A stretch of DNA of 64,000 bases from Candidatus Sumerlaeaceae bacterium (GTDB lineage: Bacteria; Sumerlaeota; Sumerlaeia; Sumerlaeales; Sumerlaeaceae). The stretch is taken from assembly GCA_049968255.1 (NCBI GenBank), contig JBMFRB010000001.1, positions 32,001-96,000 on the forward strand. Direction: 5' to 3'. The position numbers were made by a program, and so were the translations under genes. Each line of letters opens with the position of its first letter. The stretch's first letter is position 1. The notes beneath the pieces were generated by a model. The model had not been told where the DNA came from. It worked only from the letters and a program-made list of their open reading frames with translations, and did no database searches. This document shows positions 50,290-60,232 of the stretch, one piece after another.

Positions 50290-51290
50290 TGCACTTCTTC
50301 GAGATTGTTGTCGCCGCGTTCGGCCACGAGCGACGACACCGTATCAAGGTATGGTGCTAATTCTTCTGATTGATAAAAGCCAAGGCCAGCCTCGCGGTCG
50401 CGCCGAATTTGCAGCACCAATGCTTCCGCGCTAGAAAATCGAATCTCATCGCGCAGACGGACAAGGAAGAAGAGGTAAAGATCCGCTCCTACGATATTGT
50501 CGTCAAAATCCAGGAGATGGGCTTCGATGGAAAGGCGCTCACTGCCAAATGTTGGATTGAATCCGATGTTGACGAGGGCGGGAAGGAGCTTATCGCTGGC
50601 AGGCAAATAGCCAGCGCAAAGATAGACGCCACGAGCCGGCACGGCATAGGCCGGGTTCTGTTCGAGGTTCGCAGTGGGAAAGCCAAGCGTGCGGCCGCGT
50701 CCGTAGCCACGCACTACGATGCCGCGCAATTCGTGCGGGCGCGTGAGGAGCTCGGCGGCAGATGCAACATCTCCCGTGTAAAGAAGGTCACGGATCATCG
50801 TGGAGCGCACGAACATGTTCTTGTGTACGACGGGGGGCACCACTTCGACATCAAAACCAAACCGCTGCCCTAATGCCTGAAGTGTGGCGACGTTGCCTTT
50901 ACCCTCAGCACCGAAACAGAAATCTTCGCCACACACAATCGCTTTTATGCGAGCGCGCCGCACGAGAATTTCTTCGACAAATTGCTCTGGAGTGAGTTGT
51001 GCGAATTCGCGCGTAAACGTGAGACAGACAAGAGCATCAAGGCCAAGCCGCCTAAGGATTTGGCGTTTGCGATCGGGATACAGCAATCGCTTGGGCGCGA
51101 AGGGCGGCGCCAGAACCGTCAGGGGATGTTCGCGAAAGGTCAGAACAGCAGAGCAAAGCCGACGTTGGCGTGCAAGGTCGAGCACGCGCGATATGAGAGC
51201 TTGGTGACCTCGATGTAGCCCGTCAAAAACACCAACAGCCACGACCGATGGCCGAGCAAATTCCCATTTCGGTCTCTCGTAAATCAGCAT
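50286..51290 (-). CDS. ribF: bifunctional riboflavin kinase / FAD synthetase
   Basis: GVFDGLHRGH, GEDFCFG, GRTLGFPTAN, EAHLLDF. Confidence 0.96.
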   Translation of the reverse strand: MLIYERPKWEFARPSVVAVGVFDGLHRGHQALISRVLDLARQRRLCSAVLTFREHPLTVLAPPFAPKRLLYPDRKRQILRRLGLDALVCLTFTREFAQLTPEQFVEEILVRRARIKAIVCGEDFCFGAEGKGNVATLQALGQRFGFDVEVVPPVVHKNMFVRSTMIRDLLYTGDVASAAELLTRPHELRGIVVRGYGRGRTLGFPTANLEQNPAYAVPARGVYLCAGYLPASDKLLPALVNIGFNPTFGSERLSIEAHLLDFDDNIVGADLYLFFLVRLRDEIRFSSAEALVLQIRRDREAGLGFYQSEELAPYLDTVSSLVAERGDNNLEEVH

Positions 51291-51482
51291 GAGACCAGCA
51301 ATGGCGCCCTTGGTGCACTGCGGCAAGCGCAAAGCTCTTTATTTCTCGTGAAGTTTTTGCACTGGGAGCATCAGGGAAAAGCACTGAAACCACTATTGTG
51401 TATCGCTTGCAATGGGGTTCTCCCCCTCACATGATTGCACTTCTATCACGATGCTAACAAATATCACTTCTTCGGACGCGTC

Positions 51483-52739
51483 ATGATTCGCTTCGAGCGG
51501 GTGACAAAAGCTTTTCGCGTACAACCCTCGAGCTCCGGCAGTGGGGTGCATCGCATGGCCAGCCGCGTTCGCTCGCTCATACGACCGCGCTACCACGAAG
51601 TTCTCCGCAATATATCGTTTGAAATCCCTCCGGGAGAATCTGTGGCGCTATTGGGCGTCAACGGGTGCGGCAAAACGACGCTGCTCCGTCTGGTCTGCGG
51701 CGTTACTCATCCCACCTCCGGCAAAGTGATCGTAAACGGACGTGCTGGTGGGCTTATCGAACTGACGGCGGGTTTTCATGAAGAGCTGAGCGGGTTGGAA
51801 AACATTTTCCTCAACGGGACTCTGCTGGGATTGACGCGAAAAGAGATTCGCCAAAGGCTGGAGGCAATTCTCGATTTCGCTGAACTGGGCGAATTCATCC
51901 ACACCCCGGTGAAACACTATTCTTGGGGAATGATGCTGCGCCTCGGCTTTTCCATAGCTGTGCACGCGGAGCTCGATGTTCTCGTTGTGGATGAGGCCCT
52001 CGCTGTGGGCGATGGCTATTTCCAATGGAAGTGCCTCCAGCGAATTGATGAGTTCAAACGAGCCGGCAAAACGCTGTTCTTTGTGTCGCACGTTCCGGCG
52101 CAGGCCGAGTCGGTATGTCGGCGCGCGATCTGGATTCACGATGGGACTATTCAGGCCGAGGGGTCGTCGGCCGAAGTCAGCAAGCAGTACGCGGATTTTG
52201 TGGTGCGGCGCCTTGCGGGCGAAGCGCCTACAAACCTACCGCTCGACCTTGTGGCATTAGTGCCAAGCCTGCGTTTCGGCACTGGCGACGTCATCATACG
52301 CGAGGTGAAGTTGACAGATGCCGAAGGCCGAGTCCGGCACCTCTTTTGCACTGGCGAGCCGGTGGTCTTGGAATGCGTCGTTGACGCAATGAAAGACATG
52401 GATGACCTGTGCATTGTGTTTCAGTTCGACCTGCCCAATCGCACGGTGGTGAAGGCCTCAACCCACCATCGCTGCGGCCCATTTAAGCTTAGCCGTGGCC
52501 GCCACAGAATTCTGCTAAAATTTACAGAGCTCTTGCTTTATGACGGAACGTATTACCTTACGTTTGGGTTGCGCACCGTTGCCCGCGTGACAATTCACGA
52601 CGCCCTTGTTCACATGTACACATTTGCAGTGAAAAACCCGAACCCTCGTTTTTCGGGTCGCGCGCTTTGCACCAAAGCCGAGTTAAATTGGGAACCTGCG
52701 GAGATCAAAATCCAGATGGAAAGCGGGGACCGAACCTAA
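51483..52739 (+). CDS. Wzt/TagH-type polysaccharide ABC transporter ATP-binding protein with C-terminal Wzt_C domain
   Basis: GVNGCGKT, GFHEELSGLEN, YSWGM..RLGF, DEALAVGD, VSH; RFGTG then beta-rich C-domain. Confidence 0.9.
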   Translation: MIRFERVTKAFRVQPSSSGSGVHRMASRVRSLIRPRYHEVLRNISFEIPPGESVALLGVNGCGKTTLLRLVCGVTHPTSGKVIVNGRAGGLIELTAGFHEELSGLENIFLNGTLLGLTRKEIRQRLEAILDFAELGEFIHTPVKHYSWGMMLRLGFSIAVHAELDVLVVDEALAVGDGYFQWKCLQRIDEFKRAGKTLFFVSHVPAQAESVCRRAIWIHDGTIQAEGSSAEVSKQYADFVVRRLAGEAPTNLPLDLVALVPSLRFGTGDVIIREVKLTDAEGRVRHLFCTGEPVVLECVVDAMKDMDDLCIVFQFDLPNRTVVKASTHHRCGPFKLSRGRHRILLKFTELLLYDGTYYLTFGLRTVARVTIHDALVHMYTFAVKNPNPRFSGRALCTKAELNWEPAEIKIQMESGDRT

Positions 52740-52810
52740 GCAGGCCAAGCGAATAGGTAACATCGGCAAGGAGTATAAAAAAATGCAAATGCCTCAGAGG
52801 CGAAGAGCGC

Positions 52811-52886
52811 AGGCGAGTGGCGCAATTGGCAGCGCATCTGACTCTGGATCAGAGGGTTCTAGGTTCGAATCCTAGCTCGCCTGCCA
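52811..52886 (+). tRNA. tRNA-Gln (CTG) with encoded CCA
   Basis: 76-nt cloverleaf: AGGCGAG/CTCGCCT acceptor, TCTGA-CTCTGGA-TCAGA anticodon arm, CTAGG-TTCGAAT-CCTAG T arm. Confidence 0.96.
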
Positions 52887-53025
52887 ATATATTTATGTCC
52901 ACACTGGGGGATAGAGACCTTCGCGGGTGCTCTGACGCACAGATGGATTTCCAAGGTCTGAGGTGCCATAATCATATTGCCATTGCCCCCGTGGACTCCT
53001 ACACTGAGTTTCAGAAAGTTGACGC

Positions 53026-54750
53026 ATGGCAGCCTATCTTTATCCCAGCAAAGAACTGAATCTGGGCGATAAGCCGTTTGAACTCAAGGGGCGTGTCGTG
53101 ACGCTCGGGCGACATCCCAACAACGATATTTCGTTGCTCATGGAATCGATTTCTCGCTTTCACGCGAAACTCGAGCTCGTGGGAACACGATGGGTGGTCA
53201 GCGACCTGAATTCGAGCAATGGAACATTTCTCAACGGTGAGCGTATCGCCACACCGCGCCCATTATCTGAAGGGGACGTCCTTACGCTGGGGCGGGCTGA
53301 TTTCATTTTCTCCTATTTGTCGCCCGAAGAGCGTGAACGCCACGCGAGAGAAGGGACCACGCCAACGCCTCAGATGTCGAGCGGGGTCAACCTCCTCGGC
53401 GAGGATGAGAGTTCGAGCACAATTCTCTCCACGAAATTGAGTGTAGAAGCTACCCCACTACCGACCCGTTTTTTTGCCGAAGTCGGAGTGGACCTCCCAG
53501 CACTTCGGCGGGCAAACGAGCGTCTGCTGGCTCTCTACGAACTGAACGAGATCATTCGCACGAGCACGACAACGCAGGAAATGCTCGAGCGCGCCATGGA
53601 TCTGATCTTCGAATGCTTGCCGGCAGACCGTGGCGTGATCTTGACGGTAGAGGCACCCGGCGCACAGCTTGAGCCACAGGTTGTGAGGTTCAGGGATCCC
53701 AACACATCCGGCGAATTAGCGATTAGCAAAACGATTGTCGAGAAGGCCATGCGCGAGCAGGTGGCGATTCTCAGCCGCGATGCCAGTCTCGACTCGCGTT
53801 TTACGGGAAGTGAATCAATCATTGCGCACGACATTCGTTCGACGATGTGCGTGCCAATGGTTTCGAAGAAGAACGTCCTCGGAATCATCTTCGTCGATAG
53901 TCGGGAGCGCGTGCACTCGTTTACTGAGGATGATCTTGCATTTTTAGCGTCGCTCGCGAATGATCTGGCTATTTCCATTGAAAATGCTAACTTGTTACAA
54001 GAAAGTATTAAAAATGAGCGACTGGCAGCGGTGGGCCAGACGATTGCCGGTCTGGCACACAACATCAAAAACATTCTCCAACTTGCGCGGGGGGGAATCG
54101 AGCTCCTTGATGCTGCCGTGGCCAAGCGCAATGTTGAGGACATTGAGACTTTCTGGCCGATCGTAAAGCGCGGCATCGAGCGCATGCAGCAGCTCACCCA
54201 AGAAATGCTGGATTTCTCGCGGCAAACAAAACCGGAGTTGGTAGAAGCAGCGATCAATGATGTTGTCCTGGATACCGTTCGCTCCTTCGAAAAAGATGCC
54301 GTGGAATGTGGTGTCGAGATCGAGCTCGAGCTCGCACAAGATCTGCCGCGTCGCAGGATAGATCCGAACGGCTTGTGCAAAAGCTTACTCAATTTGCTGA
54401 CCAACGCAGTGGATGCGTTCGAAGGTCGGGGTGGCAAAATCGTTATCACAACTTCTTGCGAAAACGACGTCGTTTATCTCAGGGTGCAAGATAACGGAAA
54501 AGGAATCCCACGTGATAAGCTTGGCCGTATCTTCCAGCCATTCTTCACCACGAAAGGATCGAAAGGAACGGGGCTGGGACTGGCAATGACCAAGAAATAC
54601 ATCGAAGATATGGGTGGCACAATCAGCGTGCAATCTGTCGAAGGCCAAGGCACAACATTTACGATCGCTTTCCCGCCGCCGCCCAAAGAGATTACTTTCG
54701 ATCTCGAGGATGGCCTGACGCGCGGCGACGACGCTCCGAAAACAAAATAA
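53026..54750 (+). CDS. FHA-GAF-histidine kinase
   Basis: LGR..ISRFHA..DLNSSNGT (FHA), GAF (IRSTMCVP), AHNIKN, NAVDA, DNGKG, FFTTK, GTGLGL. Confidence 0.92.
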   Translation: MAAYLYPSKELNLGDKPFELKGRVVTLGRHPNNDISLLMESISRFHAKLELVGTRWVVSDLNSSNGTFLNGERIATPRPLSEGDVLTLGRADFIFSYLSPEERERHAREGTTPTPQMSSGVNLLGEDESSSTILSTKLSVEATPLPTRFFAEVGVDLPALRRANERLLALYELNEIIRTSTTTQEMLERAMDLIFECLPADRGVILTVEAPGAQLEPQVVRFRDPNTSGELAISKTIVEKAMREQVAILSRDASLDSRFTGSESIIAHDIRSTMCVPMVSKKNVLGIIFVDSRERVHSFTEDDLAFLASLANDLAISIENANLLQESIKNERLAAVGQTIAGLAHNIKNILQLARGGIELLDAAVAKRNVEDIETFWPIVKRGIERMQQLTQEMLDFSRQTKPELVEAAINDVVLDTVRSFEKDAVECGVEIELELAQDLPRRRIDPNGLCKSLLNLLTNAVDAFEGRGGKIVITTSCENDVVYLRVQDNGKGIPRDKLGRIFQPFFTTKGSKGTGLGLAMTKKYIEDMGGTISVQSVEGQGTTFTIAFPPPPKEITFDLEDGLTRGDDAPKTK

Positions 54751-54782
54751 CAGATTCGTAAGGCGCTCCACCCCGAGGATGG

Positions 54783-56732
54783 TTATTTTTCCATCGGCGC
54801 CGCCTCGCCAACAGTTTCAATAGCGAGGGAATAGATTTTTAGCGCAATCTTTGTCCGACGTGGACATTCGACGGTGTCGGTCCGATCAACCCGCAATTCC
54901 AAAGTCAGCGATTTCGCTTCCTCTTCGATCTCGATAGGCAGTTCGAGGTTCGTTTCGTCTTCGAGCGTGGCTTGAATTTGCTCTGCTCCAACCCGCATCA
55001 CGACATTCACACGACGGTCCAGCCATTCCCCCGAGTCAGGACAAATGAAATCGGGTGACGCATGGAGACGTAGCACATAATGGCCAGGCTCCAGTGAAAC
55101 CGGAAGCGAGATCAGAGCCTTCTCGCGGGTCAGCCACACGCAGCGTCGCCCGCTGAGCTCATATTGCAGCGAAGGGAAATCGGTTGCGAATTCAGGTCCA
55201 CGGAATGGCCGATCGTGTGGCCCGAACAGAAAAAGGGTGGCGGTGGTGGGCTGGTCCATGACACGCAAGGTATCAGGATCGTCATACCAAAGGCGCAAAC
55301 TGACCATATCAAACTTTTGCGCGGCAGCGGCCAGATTCAAACGTTCGCGGAAAAGCGCTTGCGCCTGACTGAACTGATCGAGAGCTCCCCAGAGAGTGTA
55401 AGGGTGTGCCTCACGCCACGGAAACTGATAGCTCGTAAAATAAATAACTTGATTTCTTGGCACCGCGGCCCACTTTTCAAAGAAATCGCTAGCGGTGACG
55501 ATTTGGTAGCGGTCTCCAAGAAAATAGCGACTCATCCGCTCCGCAAAATCCGGCCACGTAACAACCACTGCTCCCTCCGCCGCGTTTTGCTCGATTGCTT
55601 TGGCCACCTTGGCATACGGTGGGTTGTTTGGCTCGCGGTTTTGGGCGCCCAATCCTTTTAGCATCATGAGTGCAGCCAGAACCGTTGCTGGCAGGCGGAC
55701 CAAAATATGGCTGTGAGCCAAAAGAATGCCAAATGAAAGATAAACAAGAGGCAAGGCCAGGACGGGTGTGGCGAAAGGCATGAAACGCGTACGCCCGCTC
55801 TGGCTCCATAAGAAGGGAAGCAGCACAATAAGCAACGAAGCGAGGAGCGTGCTTTTCGCCGCACCAGCACGGCGCCGCACGACATGCACGAGAGCCGGTG
55901 CCAGTAAGAGGTAAACGAGGCCGAAAAAGGTAAGCCACAAAGCGTTAGTGCGAAAACTCAATCCAAGAAAGAATGCGTTTGTGACAACCTTGAGCAATTC
56001 TGACCATTGCGGCCGTGGATCATACCAACTGGCTTTCGTCGGCATGATAGCGAGCCAAGGTAGCGAGATCACTGCAACGACGAAGTGATGAAAGAGCACG
56101 ACAGCCAATGGCGGCAGCCGACGCCAACGCAACCGCGAAGCCGTGGCCCGCAACCACCATAGGCGGACGAGATGCAACGCAAGAAAAGAGGTGGCGACAA
56201 ATGCAGCTTCGCGGTGAAGGTGAAGCAAGACGATCAGAAGGCCGTCATAAAGGAGCCACAGACGCACGGAGTGCTCTTCGCGCATGTGCTGAAAAACAAC
56301 GAACGTGAGCAGGACCACACATGCGGCAAACACTAAAGGTTCCGCTTGCTGCGAGTAGAAGATGTGAAGTGGTGACAGAGCAAGCAAGAAAGCCGACATT
56401 AGCGACGCGCCTTCGCTTGCAAAACGTCGAATAAGAAGATACAGAAGTGGCACGGTAAGCGCACCCATCAGAAGCGAGGGAAGACGAATAAGCCAAAGCG
56501 ACGTTCCCACAAAAGTCACTGGCTTGAGAATGCCGTAGTAAACTGGCGGACAAAGGTCTATTTGCTCTGTGCGTAAGTAGTCCGCAAAGGGCAGTAGGGC
56601 ATCGAGCGTAGCAATAATTTCGGGAAAACCTGGCAGTTCGGCGTTGCGGAAATTGTAGACGCGCATGCCCAGAGCAATAAGAAAAAGAAATGCGGCGACG
56701 ACATAATGACGTAGCTTAGACATCAGAGACAT
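54783..56732 (-). CDS. GT-C / PMT-like (family 39) membrane glycosyltransferase with C-terminal extracytoplasmic domain
   Basis: PPVYY, RLPSLLMG, SPLHIFYSQ; about 11 TM segments. Confidence 0.75.
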   Translation of the reverse strand: MSLMSKLRHYVVAAFLFLIALGMRVYNFRNAELPGFPEIIATLDALLPFADYLRTEQIDLCPPVYYGILKPVTFVGTSLWLIRLPSLLMGALTVPLLYLLIRRFASEGASLMSAFLLALSPLHIFYSQQAEPLVFAACVVLLTFVVFQHMREEHSVRLWLLYDGLLIVLLHLHREAAFVATSFLALHLVRLWWLRATASRLRWRRLPPLAVVLFHHFVVAVISLPWLAIMPTKASWYDPRPQWSELLKVVTNAFFLGLSFRTNALWLTFFGLVYLLLAPALVHVVRRRAGAAKSTLLASLLIVLLPFLWSQSGRTRFMPFATPVLALPLVYLSFGILLAHSHILVRLPATVLAALMMLKGLGAQNREPNNPPYAKVAKAIEQNAAEGAVVVTWPDFAERMSRYFLGDRYQIVTASDFFEKWAAVPRNQVIYFTSYQFPWREAHPYTLWGALDQFSQAQALFRERLNLAAAAQKFDMVSLRLWYDDPDTLRVMDQPTTATLFLFGPHDRPFRGPEFATDFPSLQYELSGRRCVWLTREKALISLPVSLEPGHYVLRLHASPDFICPDSGEWLDRRVNVVMRVGAEQIQATLEDETNLELPIEIEEEAKSLTLELRVDRTDTVECPRRTKIALKIYSLAIETVGEAAPMEK

Positions 56733-56858
56733 TGTCTAAGTTGATAGGAATCGAGAAGCGAGAGAATTTGTTTTACGCATGCGCAAGTTCCGAGAGAATT
56801 GCTAAGCCCCAAGGCAGACGGGAGTGTGCGCGCGATTTGGTAACGATGAGAACGACTA

Positions 56859-57596
56859 ATGAAACAACGCAGCGCTGACAAATCGAATAACGTAGACCAG
56901 ACGGCGTGGCTGGCTGCAGCCATACTCTTGCTTCTCAGCTGTTGGCCGAACGCACTTCTTGCAGATCATGCTCTGACGCAGGACGGGACAGGACTCTTCA
57001 ATGTTTCGGTGGAACAAACTGCGACGACATGGAGCCGCCCGCTTCGCGTACGGTGGCACAGCGATAGCTTCGAGTACGACTACGATCGCCATCAAATCAT
57101 TCGCGCTGAATCGGAAGGATCAACGCTGGTTTGGCTGGCTGACGTTATCACAACAGAAGCTGTGGTGGGTAAAAACGAGGCACGCGAGCTAATGAGGCGT
57201 ATGCGTTGGCACCGATATGTTCCGCCGCCTCCGCGTGTTGTTGCGCTTCCTACACCAACGCCCTTGCCCACAGCCACCCCGACACCAGAAATTGTGAGCT
57301 CAAAAGCAGAGCTTGCGGATCAATCGCTTCCGCTGAGGGAACGTCTCGAAAAACAGCGAGAGATTTTTCTCACTCAGCAGCAGGCATTAGCCGAACAACT
57401 CCGGTTCGCGGAGCGCATGCACAGTGTTACTAACGAGGAGGCAACGGCGCTGAGGAAAAAGCTGCTCGAGAGGCAAATTTTGATTTTGAAACGGTATTTC
57501 CCACCGAACGAGGAAACAGTACAGCTGACGATTGAGGCGCTTGAGGATCAGATTCATCAGGTGGATCAAAAAGGAAAGTTTAGCTGGGAATTTTGA
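56859..57596 (+). CDS. exported hypothetical protein with Pro/Thr linker and coiled coil
   Basis: Signal-like hydrophobic segment; PTPTPLPTATPTP; helical C-terminus. Confidence 0.7.
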   Translation: MKQRSADKSNNVDQTAWLAAAILLLLSCWPNALLADHALTQDGTGLFNVSVEQTATTWSRPLRVRWHSDSFEYDYDRHQIIRAESEGSTLVWLADVITTEAVVGKNEARELMRRMRWHRYVPPPPRVVALPTPTPLPTATPTPEIVSSKAELADQSLPLRERLEKQREIFLTQQQALAEQLRFAERMHSVTNEEATALRKKLLERQILILKRYFPPNEETVQLTIEALEDQIHQVDQKGKFSWEF

Positions 57597-57716
57597 GTGA
57601 ATGAATGATTTGCGAACGACCGTGTAAACTTGCGCGGGTTTTATACACAAGTGAGACGAAATAGGCCACTAAGACCAGCAAAGAAAAAGACCGTTAAAGA
57701 ACGACCTGCGCAGAAT

Positions 57717-57932
57717 ATGGGTGAAAAGGGAATCGAGTTACAGGGGACCGTAATCGAACCACTGCCGAACTGCATGTTTCGGGTCGAGCTCGAAAATGGA
57801 ATGAAAATTTTAGCGCACATTTCAGGCAAGATGCGGATGCATTATATTCGCATTTTGCCTGGCGACAAGGTGACAGTTGAGCTGTCGCCTTATGACCTCA
57901 ACAGAGGGCGCATCATTTATCGGTTCAAATAA
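57717..57932 (+). CDS. infA: translation initiation factor IF-1
   Basis: [28 protein letters not shown]. Confidence 0.97.
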   Translation: MGEKGIELQGTVIEPLPNCMFRVELENGMKILAHISGKMRMHYIRILPGDKVTVELSPYDLNRGRIIYRFK

Positions 57933-57984
57933 GGGCGAACATTGCGCGGCCCAAAATTCACTTTCTCTATGAGGAAGAACTGCA

Positions 57985-58098
57985 ATGAAGGTACGACCAT
58001 CGGTAAAATTGATCTGCAAGAAGTGCAAAATGATTCGCCGCAAAGGCGTGCTTCGTGTTATTTGCGAGAACCCTAAGCACAAGCAGCGTCAGGGATAA
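57985..58098 (+). CDS. rpmJ: 50S ribosomal protein L36 (Zn-binding form); absent from ORF track
   Basis: Manual translation [37 protein letters not shown]. Confidence 0.97.
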   Translation: MKVRPSVKLICKKCKMIRRKGVLRVICENPKHKQRQG

Positions 58099-58248
58099 GT
58101 TATCTCGACGAGTGCCGACCGCTACCGCGGGGCGCGATGTAGTCGAAAGTTGAGGGGGAATTTATCCCCCAGAACCTGATACGAGGAGATCAACGAATGC
58201 CGGAGCTCGCGGTAGTAGGCGCGGGCGTGGCACGAGAGGCAGAATGAT

Positions 58249-58626
<378 letters not shown>

Positions 58627-58632
58627 GGTCCT

Positions 58633-59043
58633 ATGGCTGAGAAAAAAGGCAAAGCGGCAAGCGCCGCCACAAAGGTTAAGAAAAAAGCGCGCAAGAATGT
58701 TGCTAACGCGATCGCACACATCCTCGCGACGTTCAACAATACGATTGTGAACATCAGTGACGAAGCAGGAAATACGATCGCGTGGGCATCGAGCGGTAGC
58801 GCTGGCTTCAAGGGTTCACGCAAGAGCACGCCATTCGCTGCTCAGCTCGCGGCTGAGCAGGCCGCGCGCAAAGCCATGGAGCACGGCGTGCGTACGGTAA
58901 AGGTCTACGTCAAGGGGCCGGGAAGTGGGCGTGATGCAGCAATTCGAAGCTTGCAGGCTGTCGGCCTGACGATCACTCTTATCAAGGACGTTACGCCAAT
59001 TCCGCACAACGGGTGCCGTCCGCCGAAGCGTCGGCGCGTATAA
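58633..59043 (+). CDS. rpsK: 30S ribosomal protein S11
   Basis: [38 protein letters not shown]. Confidence 0.98.
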   Translation: MAEKKGKAASAATKVKKKARKNVANAIAHILATFNNTIVNISDEAGNTIAWASSGSAGFKGSRKSTPFAAQLAAEQAARKAMEHGVRTVKVYVKGPGSGRDAAIRSLQAVGLTITLIKDVTPIPHNGCRPPKRRRV

Positions 59044-59105
59044 CCCTTGCTGCTGGTAATCCGGGGCGAAAATGAGTCGAAGACTACAGGTTATGGGGCG
59101 TCACG

Positions 59106-59387
59106 ATGATTGAGGTCAATAGCCTCTGGGCCCCGGCACTTATGGTGTTAGTGGCCGTTGGTGGGAGGCTTTACTTTCGCGAGCGTCAACTTTCGCTTCG
59201 GTCCAGGATTGTCCTCATCATCGGAGCGCTTTGCCTCATGGCCTTGTGGGGCATAAGAACAAATGAATCTAGCATTGCGCCATGGTGTATGCTCGGTTTC
59301 GGCGCATTTGTGCTAGTAACAAGTTTGCTTTTTTTGCGACGATTCGAAAAACAATCGGCTGTGGAAAGCAAGTCGGGGTCGGGATGA
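59106..59387 (+). CDS. small membrane protein (about 3 TM) inside the alpha operon
   Basis: 93-aa ORF with three hydrophobic segments filling the rpsK-rpsD gap. Confidence 0.55.
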   Translation: MIEVNSLWAPALMVLVAVGGRLYFRERQLSLRSRIVLIIGALCLMALWGIRTNESSIAPWCMLGFGAFVLVTSLLFLRRFEKQSAVESKSGSG

Positions 59388-59501
59388 AAGTGTGCCTTCC
59401 TTGTGAAACGCGGTAGCCCACCTATCGCAACACTGTAAACCGCCCCAAAACTGACCAACAGAAAAACTGTCTAGAAGGACAAGGAAAGGAAAGAAGGCAA
59501 A

Positions 59502-60131
59502 GTGGGACGATATCTTGATGCACGTTGTCGGTTGTGCCGACGGGAGGGGACAAAGCTGTTCCTCAAGGGGGAGCGCTGTCTCACAAGTAAATGTGCGATC
59601 GAGCGGCGCAATTATGCCCCTGGCCAGCATGGTCAGAACCGCGCGAAGCTCTCGACGTATGGGCTTCAATTGCGGGAAAAACAAAAAGCAAAGCGTATTT
59701 ACGGCGTACTCGAGCGTCAGTTCCGACGCTATTTTGCGCTTGCGGAGCGCATGCGCGGAGTCACGGGTACCGTCCTTCTCCAATTGCTCGAGCGTCGGCT
59801 TGATAACATCGTCTACCGGCTCGGCATAGCGAGTTCTCGGTCACAGGCTCGTCAGTTTGTGCGCCACGGCCACATTTTGATCAACGGTCGGCACGTGAAC
59901 ATTCCTTCTTACCTCGTGAAACCCGGCCAAGAGATTTCGGTTGCTGGAAATGCACGCGAGTTCAAGCTCATCCGCGAGAACGTGGAAGCCGCACAACAGC
60001 GCAGCACCATCTTGCCGTGGCTGGAGTGGAATCCGGAGAAGCTCGCGGGCAAACTGTTGGCTGTTCCATCGCGTGAGGACATTCCGACGGAAATCAACGA
60101 GCAGCGCATTGTCGAACTGTACTCCAAGTAA
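59502..60131 (+). CDS. rpsD: 30S ribosomal protein S4
   Basis: [34 protein letters not shown]. Confidence 0.98.
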   Translation: MGRYLDARCRLCRREGTKLFLKGERCLTSKCAIERRNYAPGQHGQNRAKLSTYGLQLREKQKAKRIYGVLERQFRRYFALAERMRGVTGTVLLQLLERRLDNIVYRLGIASSRSQARQFVRHGHILINGRHVNIPSYLVKPGQEISVAGNAREFKLIRENVEAAQQRSTILPWLEWNPEKLAGKLLAVPSREDIPTEINEQRIVELYSK

Positions 60132-60232
60132 TGAAAAGTGTATGAGTGCAGGACCGTGCCAAGCGGCAGGGTGGGTCCCAGGATACTGATCAACGAGCGA
60201 AGTGAGTGGCGCAAAATAGGAGAAACGGTGCT

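Noticed and set aside
58170-58182. AGAACCTGAT resembling a TPP riboswitch core
   Set aside because: No CTGAGA or other TPP elements and the context is ribosomal
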